DNA of 64,000 nucleotides from Candidatus Hodarchaeaceae archaeon (GCA_030018135.1 JASEGJ010000001.1:78298-142297), one strand, 5' to 3'; numbered from the stretch's first letter, positions 16,101 to 25,472 are shown. Notes: generated from the letters alone by a model not told the origin. Numbers and translations: made by a program.

Positions 16101-16478
16101 CGCGCAGAGCTTCGACTTCAACATCACGGGCATCTCGCCGATATTAACATCAGCTGGCTCGCGCTCGTGTCCCTTGACGACGGGAATCATTTCCAAGTAA
16201 ATTGGCGCGGAATACGAAAGATTGCGTAGCCTCGCCTCGTTCGGCAATATTTGCGGGCGTGAACCATCCGCCTCTTTGACCCTTGGTTTTTCGAGCCTTA
16301 TCCTGCCAAACTTGATGTAAAGCCCTTCTATCTCAAGCTCGATGCCTCCGGCCTCATCGATTATTTGTTGGAGTTTGTGCTCGATGAAATCATTATATGA
16401 ATCCAAGTGTTGTCTCACGAGCCCCTTTTCCTTGAAGAAAGCTTCAAGCAGGGGCCATGTATCCCACGTTGCTTGCAA
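13167..16478 (-). CDS. rpoB: RNA polymerase subunit B (Rpo2, unsplit)
   Basis: [12 protein letters not shown] and [10 protein letters not shown]; single 1103-aa ORF. Confidence 0.98.
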   Translation of the reverse strand: MQATWDTWPLLEAFFKEKGLVRQHLDSYNDFIEHKLQQIIDEAGGIELEIEGLYIKFGRIRLEKPRVKEADGSRPQILPNEARLRNLSYSAPIYLEMIPVVKGHEREPADVNIGEMPVMLKSKLCALSKMSEEELIAAGEDPLDPGGYFIVNGSERVIVTQEDLASNLILVERDERTATEVAKVFSTHHGFRALVIVERKKDGLLRVSFPALPGHVPFVVLMRALGLESDREIVDAVSDDPEIAKELFENLQEAVEVKSREEALDLIGRRVAIGQTKEYRLHRAQEVLDRYLLPHIGSRPADRVYKAHYLGRMAERVIELALGRRSVDDKDHYANKRLKLAGDLLENVFRLAFINLTRDIKYQLERANARGREPNIKTAARADVLTERIRHALATGNWPGGRTGVSQLLDRTNYIATISHLRRVVSPLSRSQPHFEARDLHPTHWGKICPCETPEGPNCGLVKNLALLAGISTGTDEEKVERILYKLGVMKVQKGSERRGKVSVYINGRLIGVTENGQVLAAELRQYRRKGSIDEQVNIAYKEDTNEVVINTDSGRVRRPLIVVAGGKPLLTPEHIEKVKAGELTWSDLISGGIIEYLDAEEEENSYIAVSPKTLTPEHTHLELNPLAILGVSAALIPYAENNQSPRNTYGANMAKQALGLTSTNFQKRVDTRAHFLHYPQTSLVRTKIMDKVGFDRRPAGQNLVVAIMSYGGYNMEDALIINRNSIDRGLGRSTFFRLYEAEEGRYPGGQEDKFEIPSEEIRGYADASLYRNLGEDGIIEVESEVRGEDVLIGRTSPPRFLEEVDEFGIAVEHGRRESSIRVRPSEEGIVDMVLMSETVDGNKLARVRVRDMRVPEVGDKFASRHGQKGVIGIVLDGADMPFTEDGIVPDLIINPHAIPSRMSVGQLLEMIAGKVGAMAGRRIDGTTFEGTHEEQLREMLQKHGFKHTGKEVMYSGVTGELITVDIFIGVCYYQKLHHMAADKLHARSRGPMQVLTHQPTEGRAREGGLRFGEMERDCLIGHGAAMLLKERLLEGSDKYTGLVCGKCGNFAVHDKRRDRVYCPVCDEDSEIYGVEMSYAFKLLIDELRSMCMSPRLRLRDRA

Positions 16479-16488
16479 TTTATCCCCC

Positions 16489-16728
16489 CTACCCTTCCGT
16501 TACGTATCTGTAAATTATGGCCTTTCCGGCGGTTAAGCTATCGCGCGTGATTTTAACGATATCCCCTAGCTTGGCTCCGATGGCCTTAGCTACCGGATCT
16601 GATGCCTTGACCAATGGAAGTTGATGGGGCGAGACCCTAAACTTTTCGAGGATCTCACGCGCTTTCTCGGGCGGCATCACTTCATGTTTCGGCACGAGCA
16701 CATGCCTTCTTACGTCGAACTCTACCAT
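16489..16728 (-). CDS. rpoH: RNA polymerase subunit H (Rpo5)
   Basis: [11 protein letters not shown] and R-S-TAG motifs. Confidence 0.97.
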   Translation of the reverse strand: MVEFDVRRHVLVPKHEVMPPEKAREILEKFRVSPHQLPLVKASDPVAKAIGAKLGDIVKITRDSLTAGKAIIYRYVTEG

Positions 16729-16765
16729 CCCGCTCCCCCAATAGTGACAACCACGTCCTCCGCAA

Positions 16766-16840
16766 CGGGCCCGGAGGGATTCGAACCCTCGACTCCCGGC
16801 TTAAAAGGCCGGTGCGCTAGCCAGACTGCGCCACGGGCCC
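16766..16840 (-). tRNA. tRNA-Lys(TTT), no intron
   Basis: GGGCCCG acceptor; CCGGC-CT-TTT-AA-GCCGG anticodon arm. Confidence 0.96.
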
Positions 16841-16941
16841 CACATAGGTAGGAAATGGCTGAAAACTTTTTGTATTTATTTTTTTCGTCATTTTAAATTC
16901 ATCACCCCCTGATTTAAGGCTTTCGAGTTTTAAAAAGGAGG

Positions 16942-17042
16942 CGCCCCGGGCGGGATTTGAACCCGCGTCGCCGGCTCGACAGGCCGACATGATTGGCCTT
17001 CGGGCTCAAAGCTCGAATTAGACCCGACTACACTACCGGGGC
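16942..17042 (-). tRNA. tRNA-Asp(GTC) with 26-nt D-loop intron at 21/22 (16993-17018)
   Basis: TCGGC-CT-GTC-GA-GCCGG arm; central helix GGTC/GGCC, bulges TA|A and AA|T; removal restores the normal D-loop AGTCGGGTCTA. Confidence 0.92.
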
Positions 17043-17102
17043 ACCGAGTTATTTCTCACCACGGTAGTTATCTGTTTTCCCCCTTTAACTTGACGGCTTC
17101 GG

Positions 17103-17786
17103 TCACCCAAAAACCTTTAGAATATTCGGGTCGGTAAGGTCCTCGAACAGGTGGTCGGGCTTGTGTTTCATCAATTCCTCCTTTGAGTGAAAGCCCGTCG
17201 CCACCGCGATGGTCATGGCATCATGGGGCTTGCCGCACTCGATATCGTGAGTTGAATCTCCCACTATCACCAAATCCTTCGCTAGAAACTCCCTGCCGAA
17301 TCTATATTTTGCCTCCGCCATCGCTTTTCCCACCAGCTCGGCCCTGTCCTTCGCCCCTGAGCCATAGACAAATAAATCAAAATATCCCTCAAGCCCACTT
17401 CCCCTCAAGATGCCCTGCGTTATCCCCTCCGTATTCCCCGTCAATACGCCCAAGCGATGGCCTCTCTTCTTGAGGTTTGCCAGCAGCTCCCTCACGCCCG
17501 GCAGAACCTTCACTTTCCCCTCTGCGGCGGATTCTTGGAAAAAGGCCTCCAATTTCCTTACGGCGTCTGCCAATTTCCGTTTTACCTCCTTTTTGGGAAT
17601 CCCTTTGAGCCCCGCTATTTCCTCAATTATGTTTGGGGTTATCTTTCCCCAAAATTCTATGTCGGTCAGCTTGGCGTTTACGCCGAATACCTCCCCGAAC
17701 ATCCTTTCGTATGCAACTTCATGGTGAGGTAGCGCATCCACCAGGGTTTGATCCACATCGAACAGGATCAGCTTCATCAAATCCAC
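17103..17786 (-). CDS. HAD-family hydrolase/phosphatase
   Basis: FDVDQTL, LTGN and VGDSTHD motifs. Confidence 0.9.
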   Translation of the reverse strand: MDLMKLILFDVDQTLVDALPHHEVAYERMFGEVFGVNAKLTDIEFWGKITPNIIEEIAGLKGIPKKEVKRKLADAVRKLEAFFQESAAEGKVKVLPGVRELLANLKKRGHRLGVLTGNTEGITQGILRGSGLEGYFDLFVYGSGAKDRAELVGKAMAEAKYRFGREFLAKDLVIVGDSTHDIECGKPHDAMTIAVATGFHSKEELMKHKPDHLFEDLTDPNILKVFG

Positions 17787-17840
17787 ATAACCCTACGCCC
17801 CGGTTAATAAGGCCTTTGAACTTTGAGCTTGAGCGAAAAG

Positions 17841-17967
17841 TGGGCTGGCAGCGTCCTAGGGCTCCCGCACCCTCTCGGAGTGCAGTACTGCCTAGATCGC
17901 TGGCGGGCTTATCTTCGGCGTTCGGAATGAGAGCCGGAGTTTCCCCGTCGCTATGGCCGCCAACCCA
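17841..17967 (-). rRNA. rrf: 5S rRNA (stand-alone)
   Basis: GGCGGCCATAGCG...CTCATTCCGAAC...AAGCC...AGTACTG; complementary ends TGGGTTGGC/GCCAGCCCA. Confidence 0.95.
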
Positions 17968-18073
17968 TCAAAATTTGGCCCTTATGCTTATAAAAGGATG
18001 AGTAATCCGCAAACGACAATTTTGCAAAATACCCTGTTCGCTGCCGATCCTTGTTGGAACAAAAAGCTTGTGA

Positions 18074-18205
18074 TGGTCCCGCGGGCCGGATTTTCAGTGG
18101 CTCTGCCACGTTTGAACCGGCGACATGTCGGTACCTATCTTTTGGGTCTTTGGCCCGCCTCACGGCGAACAGCCGACCACTCTAACCAGGCTGAGTTACC
18201 GCGGG
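18074..18205 (-). tRNA. tRNA-Tyr(GTA) with three introns: 35/36 (18150-18168), 37/38 (18133-18147), 59/60 (18091-18110)
   Basis: C1-G72 and A73 Tyr identity; encoded CCA; each intron has a BHB; spliced product is a normal 75 nt + CCA. Confidence 0.9.
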
Positions 18206-18242
18206 GACCGAGTAAAGTTAGGATTTTCAAATTCTTAAACCT

Positions 18243-19349
18243 TCAGAAAAAATCATGTAACCTTCGAATCGCATCGAGCTTTTCCCTTCGCTCGAGCTTA
18301 GCGCCATCGAGCGCTCTCTCTAAAATTTCGGTGGTTCGCTGATACGTCGCCTTGTCGACGGGATAGGGCACGCCGTCCTTGCCCCCGTGCGCGAAGCTAA
18401 AACGAATGGGATCCCGCCAAGAGGGCGGCTTGCCGTAAATCAGGTCCGAAACCAAGGCCAAGGCCCTTATCGTCTTCGGCCCTATTCCCTGGATGGCGAC
18501 CAGTTCCTCGTAATTTGAAGGCTGTAGCTCATAAGCACGCTGCAGCGCGGCCATTGTCCGCTCGGTCAACTCTGTAATTCCGTGCTGAGTTGGCATGATG
18601 AGGGTTAGAACTTGAGGCGAGCGCGCTAGGTATTCATCGAGCGACCGCTGTTCTGCCTCTCGAACGTAAACTACTACCCGCCTCGGATCGTCGCGCACGA
18701 GATCTAAACTGGCCTTTCTCGTTTCCTCGCTCTCATGCGCAGTCATATCAAGCACGAGGTCTTCTCTACGATCTCCAGCGATGCCCGAGTGCGGCTCCTC
18801 GACGAAGCTGCGGACGCCCTCGGAGAGCCAGTGATAGCGCCTCGCCAGCCTATCGTGCATACCCTGTTGCACGACCGCCCAGTCGCCGTCCTCGCTGAGC
18901 ACGAAGCAGTGATGGTAGAGCTGGTAGCCGTCCTGCACGCATGCGTTGTCCACCTTGGCCGCCATCCGGCTAGCGTATTTTAGTCTCTCAATCTTTTGAG
19001 AGGATATGGAAAAGACATCGCCGAGCTTCTCTATCTCGCTGGGGGTTCGCCTCGAGACCCTACCCTTCCCCCCGCACACCGCGATGCCCAGCTCATCCGG
19101 CCTTATCGCCTCCTTCAGCGCGCCCATTGTAACGGTGCTCAGTCCCGATGAATGCCAATCATATCCTAACACACAACCAAATGCTTGAAGGAAAAAAGGG
19201 TCGCCCAACCTCCGGAGGAACTCTTGCTTACCGTACTCGTGGACGATAATTTTACTTGTAGCTCCAGCTAGCCTTCTCATTCGGCTGAAAAGCCACGGGG
19301 GGCACCTGCCACCATGCAACGGCAGCTCAGCGATGCCGGTCCTTTTCAT
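18243..19349 (-). CDS. DUF763-family protein
   Basis: LPLHGG, DWHSSG, AAKVDN-QDG-YHH and FSFAHGGKDGVP motifs. Confidence 0.88.
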   Translation of the reverse strand: MKRTGIAELPLHGGRCPPWLFSRMRRLAGATSKIIVHEYGKQEFLRRLGDPFFLQAFGCVLGYDWHSSGLSTVTMGALKEAIRPDELGIAVCGGKGRVSRRTPSEIEKLGDVFSISSQKIERLKYASRMAAKVDNACVQDGYQLYHHCFVLSEDGDWAVVQQGMHDRLARRYHWLSEGVRSFVEEPHSGIAGDRREDLVLDMTAHESEETRKASLDLVRDDPRRVVVYVREAEQRSLDEYLARSPQVLTLIMPTQHGITELTERTMAALQRAYELQPSNYEELVAIQGIGPKTIRALALVSDLIYGKPPSWRDPIRFSFAHGGKDGVPYPVDKATYQRTTEILERALDGAKLERREKLDAIRRLHDFF

Positions 19350-19410
19350 CGTAATCGGTTAAATTTTGATTTTTTGAAGGTAAAAGTATCGCACTCAATC
19401 GGAAAGTCAA

Positions 19411-19482
19411 ATGTCTTACGTAAGACATCCTAACCCGCTTAGAACGCACCTGATGTAAAACAAGATGTCTGAGTTAGGACAT
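19411..19482. promoter_or_regulatory. Two ATGTC-N8-GACAT palindromes (putative operators) upstream of DUF763
   Basis: ATGTCTTACGTAAGACAT (perfect 18-bp palindrome, 19411-19428) and ATGTCTGAGTTAGGACAT (19465-19482). Confidence 0.5.
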
Positions 19483-19560
19483 CGTGGCCACGATTTGGGA
19501 ACCTACCCCAAAGTAACCCGGCCGAAGAATTTGGCCGAAATGCGGATTTGCCGCCGTCAG

Positions 19561-19776
19561 TCATTTCGTCAGGTAGTAGCCCGCTGCCTTCTGCCGCGCG
19601 ACCCTCTTTGCAAAGCCCTTCGCCACGAGCTCCATCAAGGCGTTGTTAGTCATGCCCTTCGGCAGGCCGCTTGCGCGCATGACATCGTCCGCCGTCTTGA
19701 GCGCGTCCGGGCTGGTCGAGCCGAGCTTCTTCAACGCATCGTACACCTTCTTGCCAGCAGGCGTCAGGTCCGCCAT
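19561..19776 (-). CDS. Small basic winged-helix DNA-binding protein
   Basis: 71 aa; helix-turn-helix (TADDVMRASGLPKGMTNNALMELVAKG) plus beta wing; GGTGA RBS. Confidence 0.7.
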   Translation of the reverse strand: MADLTPAGKKVYDALKKLGSTSPDALKTADDVMRASGLPKGMTNNALMELVAKGFAKRVARQKAAGYYLTK

Positions 19777-19806
19777 TCTTTTCACCCAATTTTCGCTCCT
19801 TTTTTG

Positions 19807-20676
19807 TCAGCGCTTGGGTTTAAAACCCTTACCTACTCGAATCTCCAAGCTCATATCCATGGCTGGCGCCCTAAACGTCATGTAGCTGGAGGATAATATG
19901 TCCACGCCTGTCGCTGCATACTTTGCCACGTTCGCTAAATCAAGCTCGCCGGAGGCCTCGAGCAGCACGCGCTCGCGCAACCCTCGCTCGATCAACAGCC
20001 GCACCGCGCGCTTTATCTCGGCTGGTGTCATGTTGTCGAACATTAAGATGTCTGCTCCTGCCTCCGCTGCCTTGGGTGCATCCCCTGGCTTTCTCACCTC
20101 GATTTCAACCTTCTTCGAAAAGCTAGCACTGCGCGCCCGGCGGATGGCCTCGGCAACTCCGCCGGCGAGCTTGACATGGTTGTCCTTGATCAACACACAG
20201 TCGTCCAACCTGAATCTGTGGGTATCGCCGCCGCCGAGCCTCACCGCACGTTTGTCGAAGTAGCTGAGCAACGGCATGACCTTGCGGGTCGCGGCGAGTA
20301 TGATGTCCGGCTTGACCCGGCGAGCCTTTTCGAGCATTTCGCTGGTCGAGGTCGCCACCCCGCTCATTCGCATCAGTAAGTTCAACGCCGTTCGCTCGGC
20401 AACCAAGATGGATCGGGCTGGGCCCTCCAACTTCATCACGACATCACCGGGTTTGATTGGTTTTCCATCGGATTCCATGGCCTTTATGAGCACGCCGACC
20501 TCCTCGAAAGCTAGGGCCGCCTCAACCACGCCTGCGAGTATCCCATGTTGCTTCGCAACAATTTCAGCGGTGACCACCGCTTCAGGCGGCACGACGGTTT
20601 CGGTGGTTATGTCCCCGAAGCCTATATCCTCGGCCAACATCTTCCTAATTTTCATCTTCGCGAGTACATTAGTCAC
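19807..20676 (-). CDS. nadC: Quinolinate phosphoribosyltransferase
   Basis: EDIGFGDITT, TRK, HRFRLDD-VLIKDNH and EASG motifs; GTG start overlaps the nadA end. Confidence 0.95.
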   Translation of the reverse strand: MTNVLAKMKIRKMLAEDIGFGDITTETVVPPEAVVTAEIVAKQHGILAGVVEAALAFEEVGVLIKAMESDGKPIKPGDVVMKLEGPARSILVAERTALNLLMRMSGVATSTSEMLEKARRVKPDIILAATRKVMPLLSYFDKRAVRLGGGDTHRFRLDDCVLIKDNHVKLAGGVAEAIRRARSASFSKKVEIEVRKPGDAPKAAEAGADILMFDNMTPAEIKRAVRLLIERGLRERVLLEASGELDLANVAKYAATGVDILSSSYMTFRAPAMDMSLEIRVGKGFKPKR

Positions 20677-21601
20677 GCGTTGCCCTCCCGGATAACTCAA
20701 GCATGCGCTCGATCGCCCCACGGGCGCGATCTGCCAATTTTGGTGGCACGTGCACCTCATTTTTCCTATCTCTAAGGGCTAGGTAAACCTTTTGCAGGGT
20801 ATGCTTTTTCATCTGCTCGCAAATCGCGGAGTTGAGCGCGGGCATGAACTCCTTGTCCGGATTTTCGCGCCTTAGCCGCTCGAGCATCCCAACCTCAGTT
20901 CCGATGATAAATCGCTTGGCTGGCGACGCCCTCGCGCGAAGGAGCATTTGGCTAGTACTGCAGATATGCGTGGCGAGCTGCTGAACCTCGGGGTCGCATT
21001 CGGGGTGGACAATTACCTCGCCGTCAGGATATTTTTCCTTCAGCAGGGCGATGTCGGCGGGCGTGAACATCTTGTGTACGTAGCAATGGCCATTTTCCGG
21101 GATCGGCACGATCGTCTTGTCCGTGCGACGCTGGGTGAACCAAGCTAGATTGCGATCCGGCCCGAACAAAATTTTTTCCTCGTCGAGCCCATCCACCACC
21201 TGCGGTGCGTTTGCGGAGGTGCAAGCAATATCCGCCTCCGCCTTTGCCTCGGCGAGGGTATTCACATACAACACCACGGCCGCCTGTGGATGTTTTTTCC
21301 TTGCCTCCCGTACCGCACTTGCCGGAAGCTGCGCCGCCATCGGGCACCTCGCCCTTGGATCTGGAATTAATACTGTTTTATCTGGGTTCAGCAGAGCCGC
21401 CGTCTCGGCCATAAAATTCACGCCGCAAAGCAGGATCAAGTCGGCATCCACCTTCGCCGAATACCTCGCCAGGTCCAACGAGTCCCCTATGTAATCCGCG
21501 ATGAGTTGAATCTCGGGGCGTTGATAGTTGTGCGCAAGGATGGCCGCACCCCTCCTCTCCTTCAGCTCCGCTATCCTGCGGTTCAACTCTGCGATGTCCA
21601 T
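20669..21601 (-). CDS. nadA: Quinolinate synthase
   Basis: ILAHNYQ, GDSL, CPMA, CYVH, HPEC and CEQMK motifs. Confidence 0.96.
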   Translation of the reverse strand: MDIAELNRRIAELKERRGAAILAHNYQRPEIQLIADYIGDSLDLARYSAKVDADLILLCGVNFMAETAALLNPDKTVLIPDPRARCPMAAQLPASAVREARKKHPQAAVVLYVNTLAEAKAEADIACTSANAPQVVDGLDEEKILFGPDRNLAWFTQRRTDKTIVPIPENGHCYVHKMFTPADIALLKEKYPDGEVIVHPECDPEVQQLATHICSTSQMLLRARASPAKRFIIGTEVGMLERLRRENPDKEFMPALNSAICEQMKKHTLQKVYLALRDRKNEVHVPPKLADRARGAIERMLELSGRATRD

Positions 21602-21634
21602 CTAAATCCCCAGCAACAGCTTTCGGCGGGCAAA

Positions 21635-22192
21635 TTAAGGTTTTGCCACCATGACTTCCGTGGCTTTTATAACGGCCTCGACGCGGTCGCCTGTCTTGAG
21701 CTCTAGCGCTTCGGCGGCCTCCCTAGTTATGTAAGCAGTTAGTACCGCCGGCCTAACCGCAATTTTTACCTTCGCTCCAATCTCGCCCAGCTCGACCGCC
21801 TCGATCACGCCTTTAAGCCGGTTCCTGGCGGACAACTTCATGGAAATACCCTCCCAAAAGGTTTTTTCCCGCACGATCTCCTCGAGCGCTTCGTCAATCA
21901 GCCTATAATCCTTCACCAACGCCTGTCCCTGCCCAGTCAAACGCATGCCCCCACCGCGCTTGCCTCCGCGAACCGCTTCCACGACCTTGAGGCCCAGCTT
22001 TTGTTCCAGCTTGCGGATGACGCCCCACGCGTGGCGGTATGACATCCCCAGCCTGTGGGCTGCGCGGTTCAGCGATTTCTCCTCCTCGATGGCGAGCAGG
22101 AGTTCCGCCCTCCCCCCGCCAATAATCGGCTCCTCCCCGCTTTGAATCCAAAGCTTTACCTTTGGCTTCAGCCTGCTCCTGTCGTCCCTCAG
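21635..22192 (-). CDS. modE: ModE-family Mo/W-responsive regulator (wHTH + TOBE); probable CTG start
   Basis: Frame upstream of the first ATG encodes KLWI...GGGRAELLLAIEEEKSLNRAAHRLG before MSYRHAW; RGGKRGGG; C-terminal SARN...IKATEV TOBE domain. Confidence 0.88.
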   Translation of the reverse strand: MRDDRSRLKPKVKLWIQSGEEPIIGGGRAELLLAIEEEKSLNRAAHRLGMSYRHAWGVIRKLEQKLGLKVVEAVRGGKRGGGMRLTGQGQALVKDYRLIDEALEEIVREKTFWEGISMKLSARNRLKGVIEAVELGEIGAKVKIAVRPAVLTAYITREAAEALELKTGDRVEAVIKATEVMVAKP

Positions 22193-22908
22193 AGGAACCC
22201 CCCTTCCATCATCCTTTTAATCCTCGCGTCCTCGGGCCGCTTGAGGACCTCCTCCACGGTGCCCTTTGCAATTAAATTGCCATCGAGCAGGTACGCGACA
22301 CGGTCTGATAACCTTCCCGCTTGAAATAAGTTATTTGTCGCAAGGACCACAGCGGATTCCCCCCTTATTTTTTTGATCACCTCTTCTATCGCCGCAACGC
22401 TTGCTGGGTCGAGGTTGGCGGTGGGCTCGTCGAGCAGCAAAAGCTCCGGCTCGAGCGTGAGCGCTCGCGCGAGGGCTACGCGCTGTTGCTCGCCCCCCGA
22501 AAGCTTCTTTGCCGGCCTTTCCGCGTGACCCCCCATACCGACAAGGTCTAGCGCCCATCCAACCCTCCGCCTCCTCTCGCCATCCGGTCGCCCCTGAAGC
22601 TCAAGCCCATAAGCCACATTTTTATAAACAGTTGTGTCGAAGAGGGCCGTCCTCTGGAAAACCATCGTGACCTTCCCTCTCAAAACGCCGGCATTGACAT
22701 CGCCGATCTTCATCCCTTTGTAAAATATCTCCCCGCTCGTCGGTTTGTCGAGAAAGGCCATCAGTCTAAGCAGGGTCGTCTTCCCGGAGCCGTTTGGCCC
22801 GACGATTGTCAGCGCTTCTCCCTCGCGGACATCTAAGTCTACCCCCTTGAGTGCAGATATTCCATCGTACTTCTTGACGACGCCCCTGAGTTCTTCCAAG
22901 GTTGCCAT
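22189..22908 (-). CDS. tupC: Tungstate ABC transporter ATPase
   Basis: GPNGSGKT, LSGGEQQR and LDEPTANLD; operon context. Confidence 0.85.
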   Translation of the reverse strand: MATLEELRGVVKKYDGISALKGVDLDVREGEALTIVGPNGSGKTTLLRLMAFLDKPTSGEIFYKGMKIGDVNAGVLRGKVTMVFQRTALFDTTVYKNVAYGLELQGRPDGERRRRVGWALDLVGMGGHAERPAKKLSGGEQQRVALARALTLEPELLLLDEPTANLDPASVAAIEEVIKKIRGESAVVLATNNLFQAGRLSDRVAYLLDGNLIAKGTVEEVLKRPEDARIKRMMEGGFL

Positions 22909-23547
22909 TTAGTCCCTCCGTAACATATTGACCGCCAGGGTGAGGGCGAAAACTATCGCCATCAAAACGACGGCCAGCCCGATGCATAGCAATATCTCAC
23001 CCCTCGCCGTTTCTAGGGCGATCGTCGTGGTCATGACGCGCGTGTAGCCGTATATGTTCCCACCCACCATCATCGCCACACCCAGTTCGGAAATTGCTCG
23101 ATTGAATGCGGCGACTACCGCCAGTGTGGCGCCTTTCTTCGCCTCCCTTAAAACTGCGAGGGAGGTTTGCCTCTCGGAGGCACCGAGCGTCCGCGCCAAG
23201 TCCTTGATCTCCGGGTCTACGCCCTCCAACGCGCTCGCCATGAAGCTCACGATAATCGGTGTTATCAGGATCGCCTGCCCGATAATCATCGCCGCTGGAG
23301 TGTACAAAAGGCCCAAGGGGCCGAGCGGGCCTTTCCTCGCAAATAACATGAATAGGATGAGGCCAAGCGCCACCGTCGGGATGCCCAAAAGGGCGTTAAA
23401 CATCGCCCTCAGTACGCGCCTACCCACGAAGTCCCGCAGGCCGATGACCGCGGCCAACGGCAGCCCCCAGAGTACCGCCAACAAAGTCGCAGTGCCTGAA
23501 ATCCAGAGCGATCGAAGGACGATGTCGAGCAACATCCCCTCACCCAT
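22909..23547 (-). CDS. tupB: Tungstate ABC transporter permease
   Basis: PTVALGL, GPLG, RAISELG and VGGNI-GYTRVMTT motifs. Confidence 0.9.
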   Translation of the reverse strand: MGEGMLLDIVLRSLWISGTATLLAVLWGLPLAAVIGLRDFVGRRVLRAMFNALLGIPTVALGLILFMLFARKGPLGPLGLLYTPAAMIIGQAILITPIIVSFMASALEGVDPEIKDLARTLGASERQTSLAVLREAKKGATLAVVAAFNRAISELGVAMMVGGNIYGYTRVMTTTIALETARGEILLCIGLAVVLMAIVFALTLAVNMLRRD

Positions 23548-24508
23548 AAAGCTCCTCGTGCCCACCCCTGTAGATCGGTGGACATTCGGTATTTTCAAAA
23601 AACGCGTACTCCCTGATCCAGCCAGCGATCTGCGCGTCCGCGTTCTCCTTGAGCAATTTCACGGCAGGGTAAAACAACGGTTGTCCGTATTCGTCCTTCC
23701 CGTAATCGCCGATCATCGCCTGGCCTTCGGCAGACACCAGAAATTTTATAAATGCGATCGCGCCCTCAAAATTCAGTTCGGGGTAAGTTTTTTGGCTGAC
23801 CGCCATGACGCTGTAGACATTTAACAGTTCCTTCCCTTGTCCGACGAGGACACGGAGATCGATCAATCCTCGGTTTGTGTACTGGAGATAAGTGCCAACG
23901 TCAGCTAAGGTGTATGCCCTCTTCTCGCTCGCCATCCGGAGCGCCGCACCCATACCCACACCAAGTTCGATATGCCAAGGTTCCCGGCGCAACCGGGATA
24001 CATCGAATCCGGCCGCGGTCCAGAGATCCTTTTCCTTTATGTGGGTGCCGGAGTTGTCGCCGCGGGAGATCCAAGTTGTTAAACCAGCTCTCCCGGCCTC
24101 GGCTATTTTTCTAAGCGCCTCGATCGGCGGCAAGTCCTTAATGCCAACCGGATCTTCAAGGGGACCAGTTATTGCGAAGAAATTGTAAGCTATTATTTTT
24201 CGAACCATGCCCAAGTTATCCTCCATGAACTGAAATTCCGCAGATGGCGCGTGTACCAGCAAAACATCGGCCTCCCCCATCTTGGCTTGATAGATCGCCT
24301 GCCCCGTGCCGACTGGGATTAAAAGGATCTTTGTGTTATACTCCTCTTCGTAATATTTTCCGATGAAATCCAGAAGGCCGGTGTCATACAAGCTTGTTGT
24401 AGTTGCAACTTTTAGCTTCGGTTTTCCCCTCTGCCATAGTTCAACGTACCCGACCGCTGCGATGCTGCATAAAACCAACGCTATTGAAACAAAGGTAATC
24501 TTCTTCAT
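23540..24508 (-). CDS. tupA: Tungstate ABC substrate-binding protein
   Basis: TupA signature ATTTS-DTGLL; VGTGQA; SRGDNSGTH. Confidence 0.92.
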   Translation of the reverse strand: MKKITFVSIALVLCSIAAVGYVELWQRGKPKLKVATTTSLYDTGLLDFIGKYYEEEYNTKILLIPVGTGQAIYQAKMGEADVLLVHAPSAEFQFMEDNLGMVRKIIAYNFFAITGPLEDPVGIKDLPPIEALRKIAEAGRAGLTTWISRGDNSGTHIKEKDLWTAAGFDVSRLRREPWHIELGVGMGAALRMASEKRAYTLADVGTYLQYTNRGLIDLRVLVGQGKELLNVYSVMAVSQKTYPELNFEGAIAFIKFLVSAEGQAMIGDYGKDEYGQPLFYPAVKLLKENADAQIAGWIREYAFFENTECPPIYRGGHEELYG

Positions 24509-24524
24509 GTTCCCCGATATTTAA

Positions 24525-24552
24525 ATCGTTATGTCTTTATAAGCATAACGAT
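24525..24552. promoter_or_regulatory. ModE-type operator overlapping the tupA TATA box
   Basis: ATCGTTATG-TCTTTATAAG-CATAACGAT, a 28-bp inverted repeat immediately upstream of the tupA ATG. Confidence 0.82.
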
Positions 24553-24577
24553 AAACCAGCGCAAATATCCAGATCCC

Positions 24578-25417
24578 CTAAGTCCCGATTCGAACCTTTT
24601 CGGTTAGATTGCGCAGCATCCTAACCGCGGATAGGGCCGCGAGGTAGCTTGTCCTCGGGTTATCCGGCGAGGGTACGTTTCGCGCCTCCGTGACGAACTC
24701 TCCCGCTGTGCCCCGAACCCTGACCTCGTGCACGTTGAGCCTTAGCGATGGATCTGCGACTATCCTCACCTTGGTCTTGTCGAATCCGATCCCCGCCAAG
24801 CTCAAGGTCGCCGCGACGTTGACGCTCTCTGGAAATGCCTTGACCGCCTCTCGCGCTGGCCCCTCGAAGACGACCAGCGGCTCCCGTAGGTTGGTCAGAT
24901 CCAAGCCGCGCTCCCGCACGTACGGGCTATAAGTCAAGACGGAGGGAGGTTTTCGCGTCGTCAAAATTGCCTCGTTGATGCCCTCGAGCTGTGCCGCCTT
25001 AACGCCGTCTATGCCCAAGATCGCCCCAGAGGGTACGTGGACCGAGCGCCCAGTTCGTTCGGTGACTTCCCGAACGCCCCTGAGCAGTTCTTCATCCCCA
25101 AATGCGCCAACACTCATCACCATAAGGTCCTTGCCCGACCTTATGACATCGAGCGCATACTGGGCAACCGCCCCCTGCGAGGCCGCCTCGATGACCAGAT
25201 CGACGGACCCATCGGCACATATCTCGGCTAGGCCCTTTGCTATTCTCGGCCTCGAGCGCAACTTTTCGGAAAGTGCCTTAGATTTCTCAGGCTTCAGGTC
25301 GTACAGCCAAGCTAGTTCCACCTCGCCAGCCCTGCCACTGTCGATGGCCCTTGCCAGTACCGTGCCTATCGCGCCGCAACCGATAAGCGCAGCCCTCAAG
25401 CTTAACGCCCAAACCAT
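24578..25417 (-). CDS. nadX: L-aspartate dehydrogenase
   Basis: GCGAIG, EAASQ, SGAILGID, FPESVNVAA and NPRTSYLAALS motifs. Confidence 0.93.
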   Translation of the reverse strand: MVWALSLRAALIGCGAIGTVLARAIDSGRAGEVELAWLYDLKPEKSKALSEKLRSRPRIAKGLAEICADGSVDLVIEAASQGAVAQYALDVIRSGKDLMVMSVGAFGDEELLRGVREVTERTGRSVHVPSGAILGIDGVKAAQLEGINEAILTTRKPPSVLTYSPYVRERGLDLTNLREPLVVFEGPAREAVKAFPESVNVAATLSLAGIGFDKTKVRIVADPSLRLNVHEVRVRGTAGEFVTEARNVPSPDNPRTSYLAALSAVRMLRNLTEKVRIGT

Positions 25418-25472
25418 TTTATGAAGCCTAAAAGTTAAGTTAACTTTTCCCTTGTGGTAGCTTTCGGATTCG

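Noticed and set aside
18074-18205. tRNA-Asn(GTT) with one long intron, or Tyr/Asn alternative splicing
   Set aside because: Would give C37, no inner helix and a Tyr-identity body; the two-step BHB model fits cleanly
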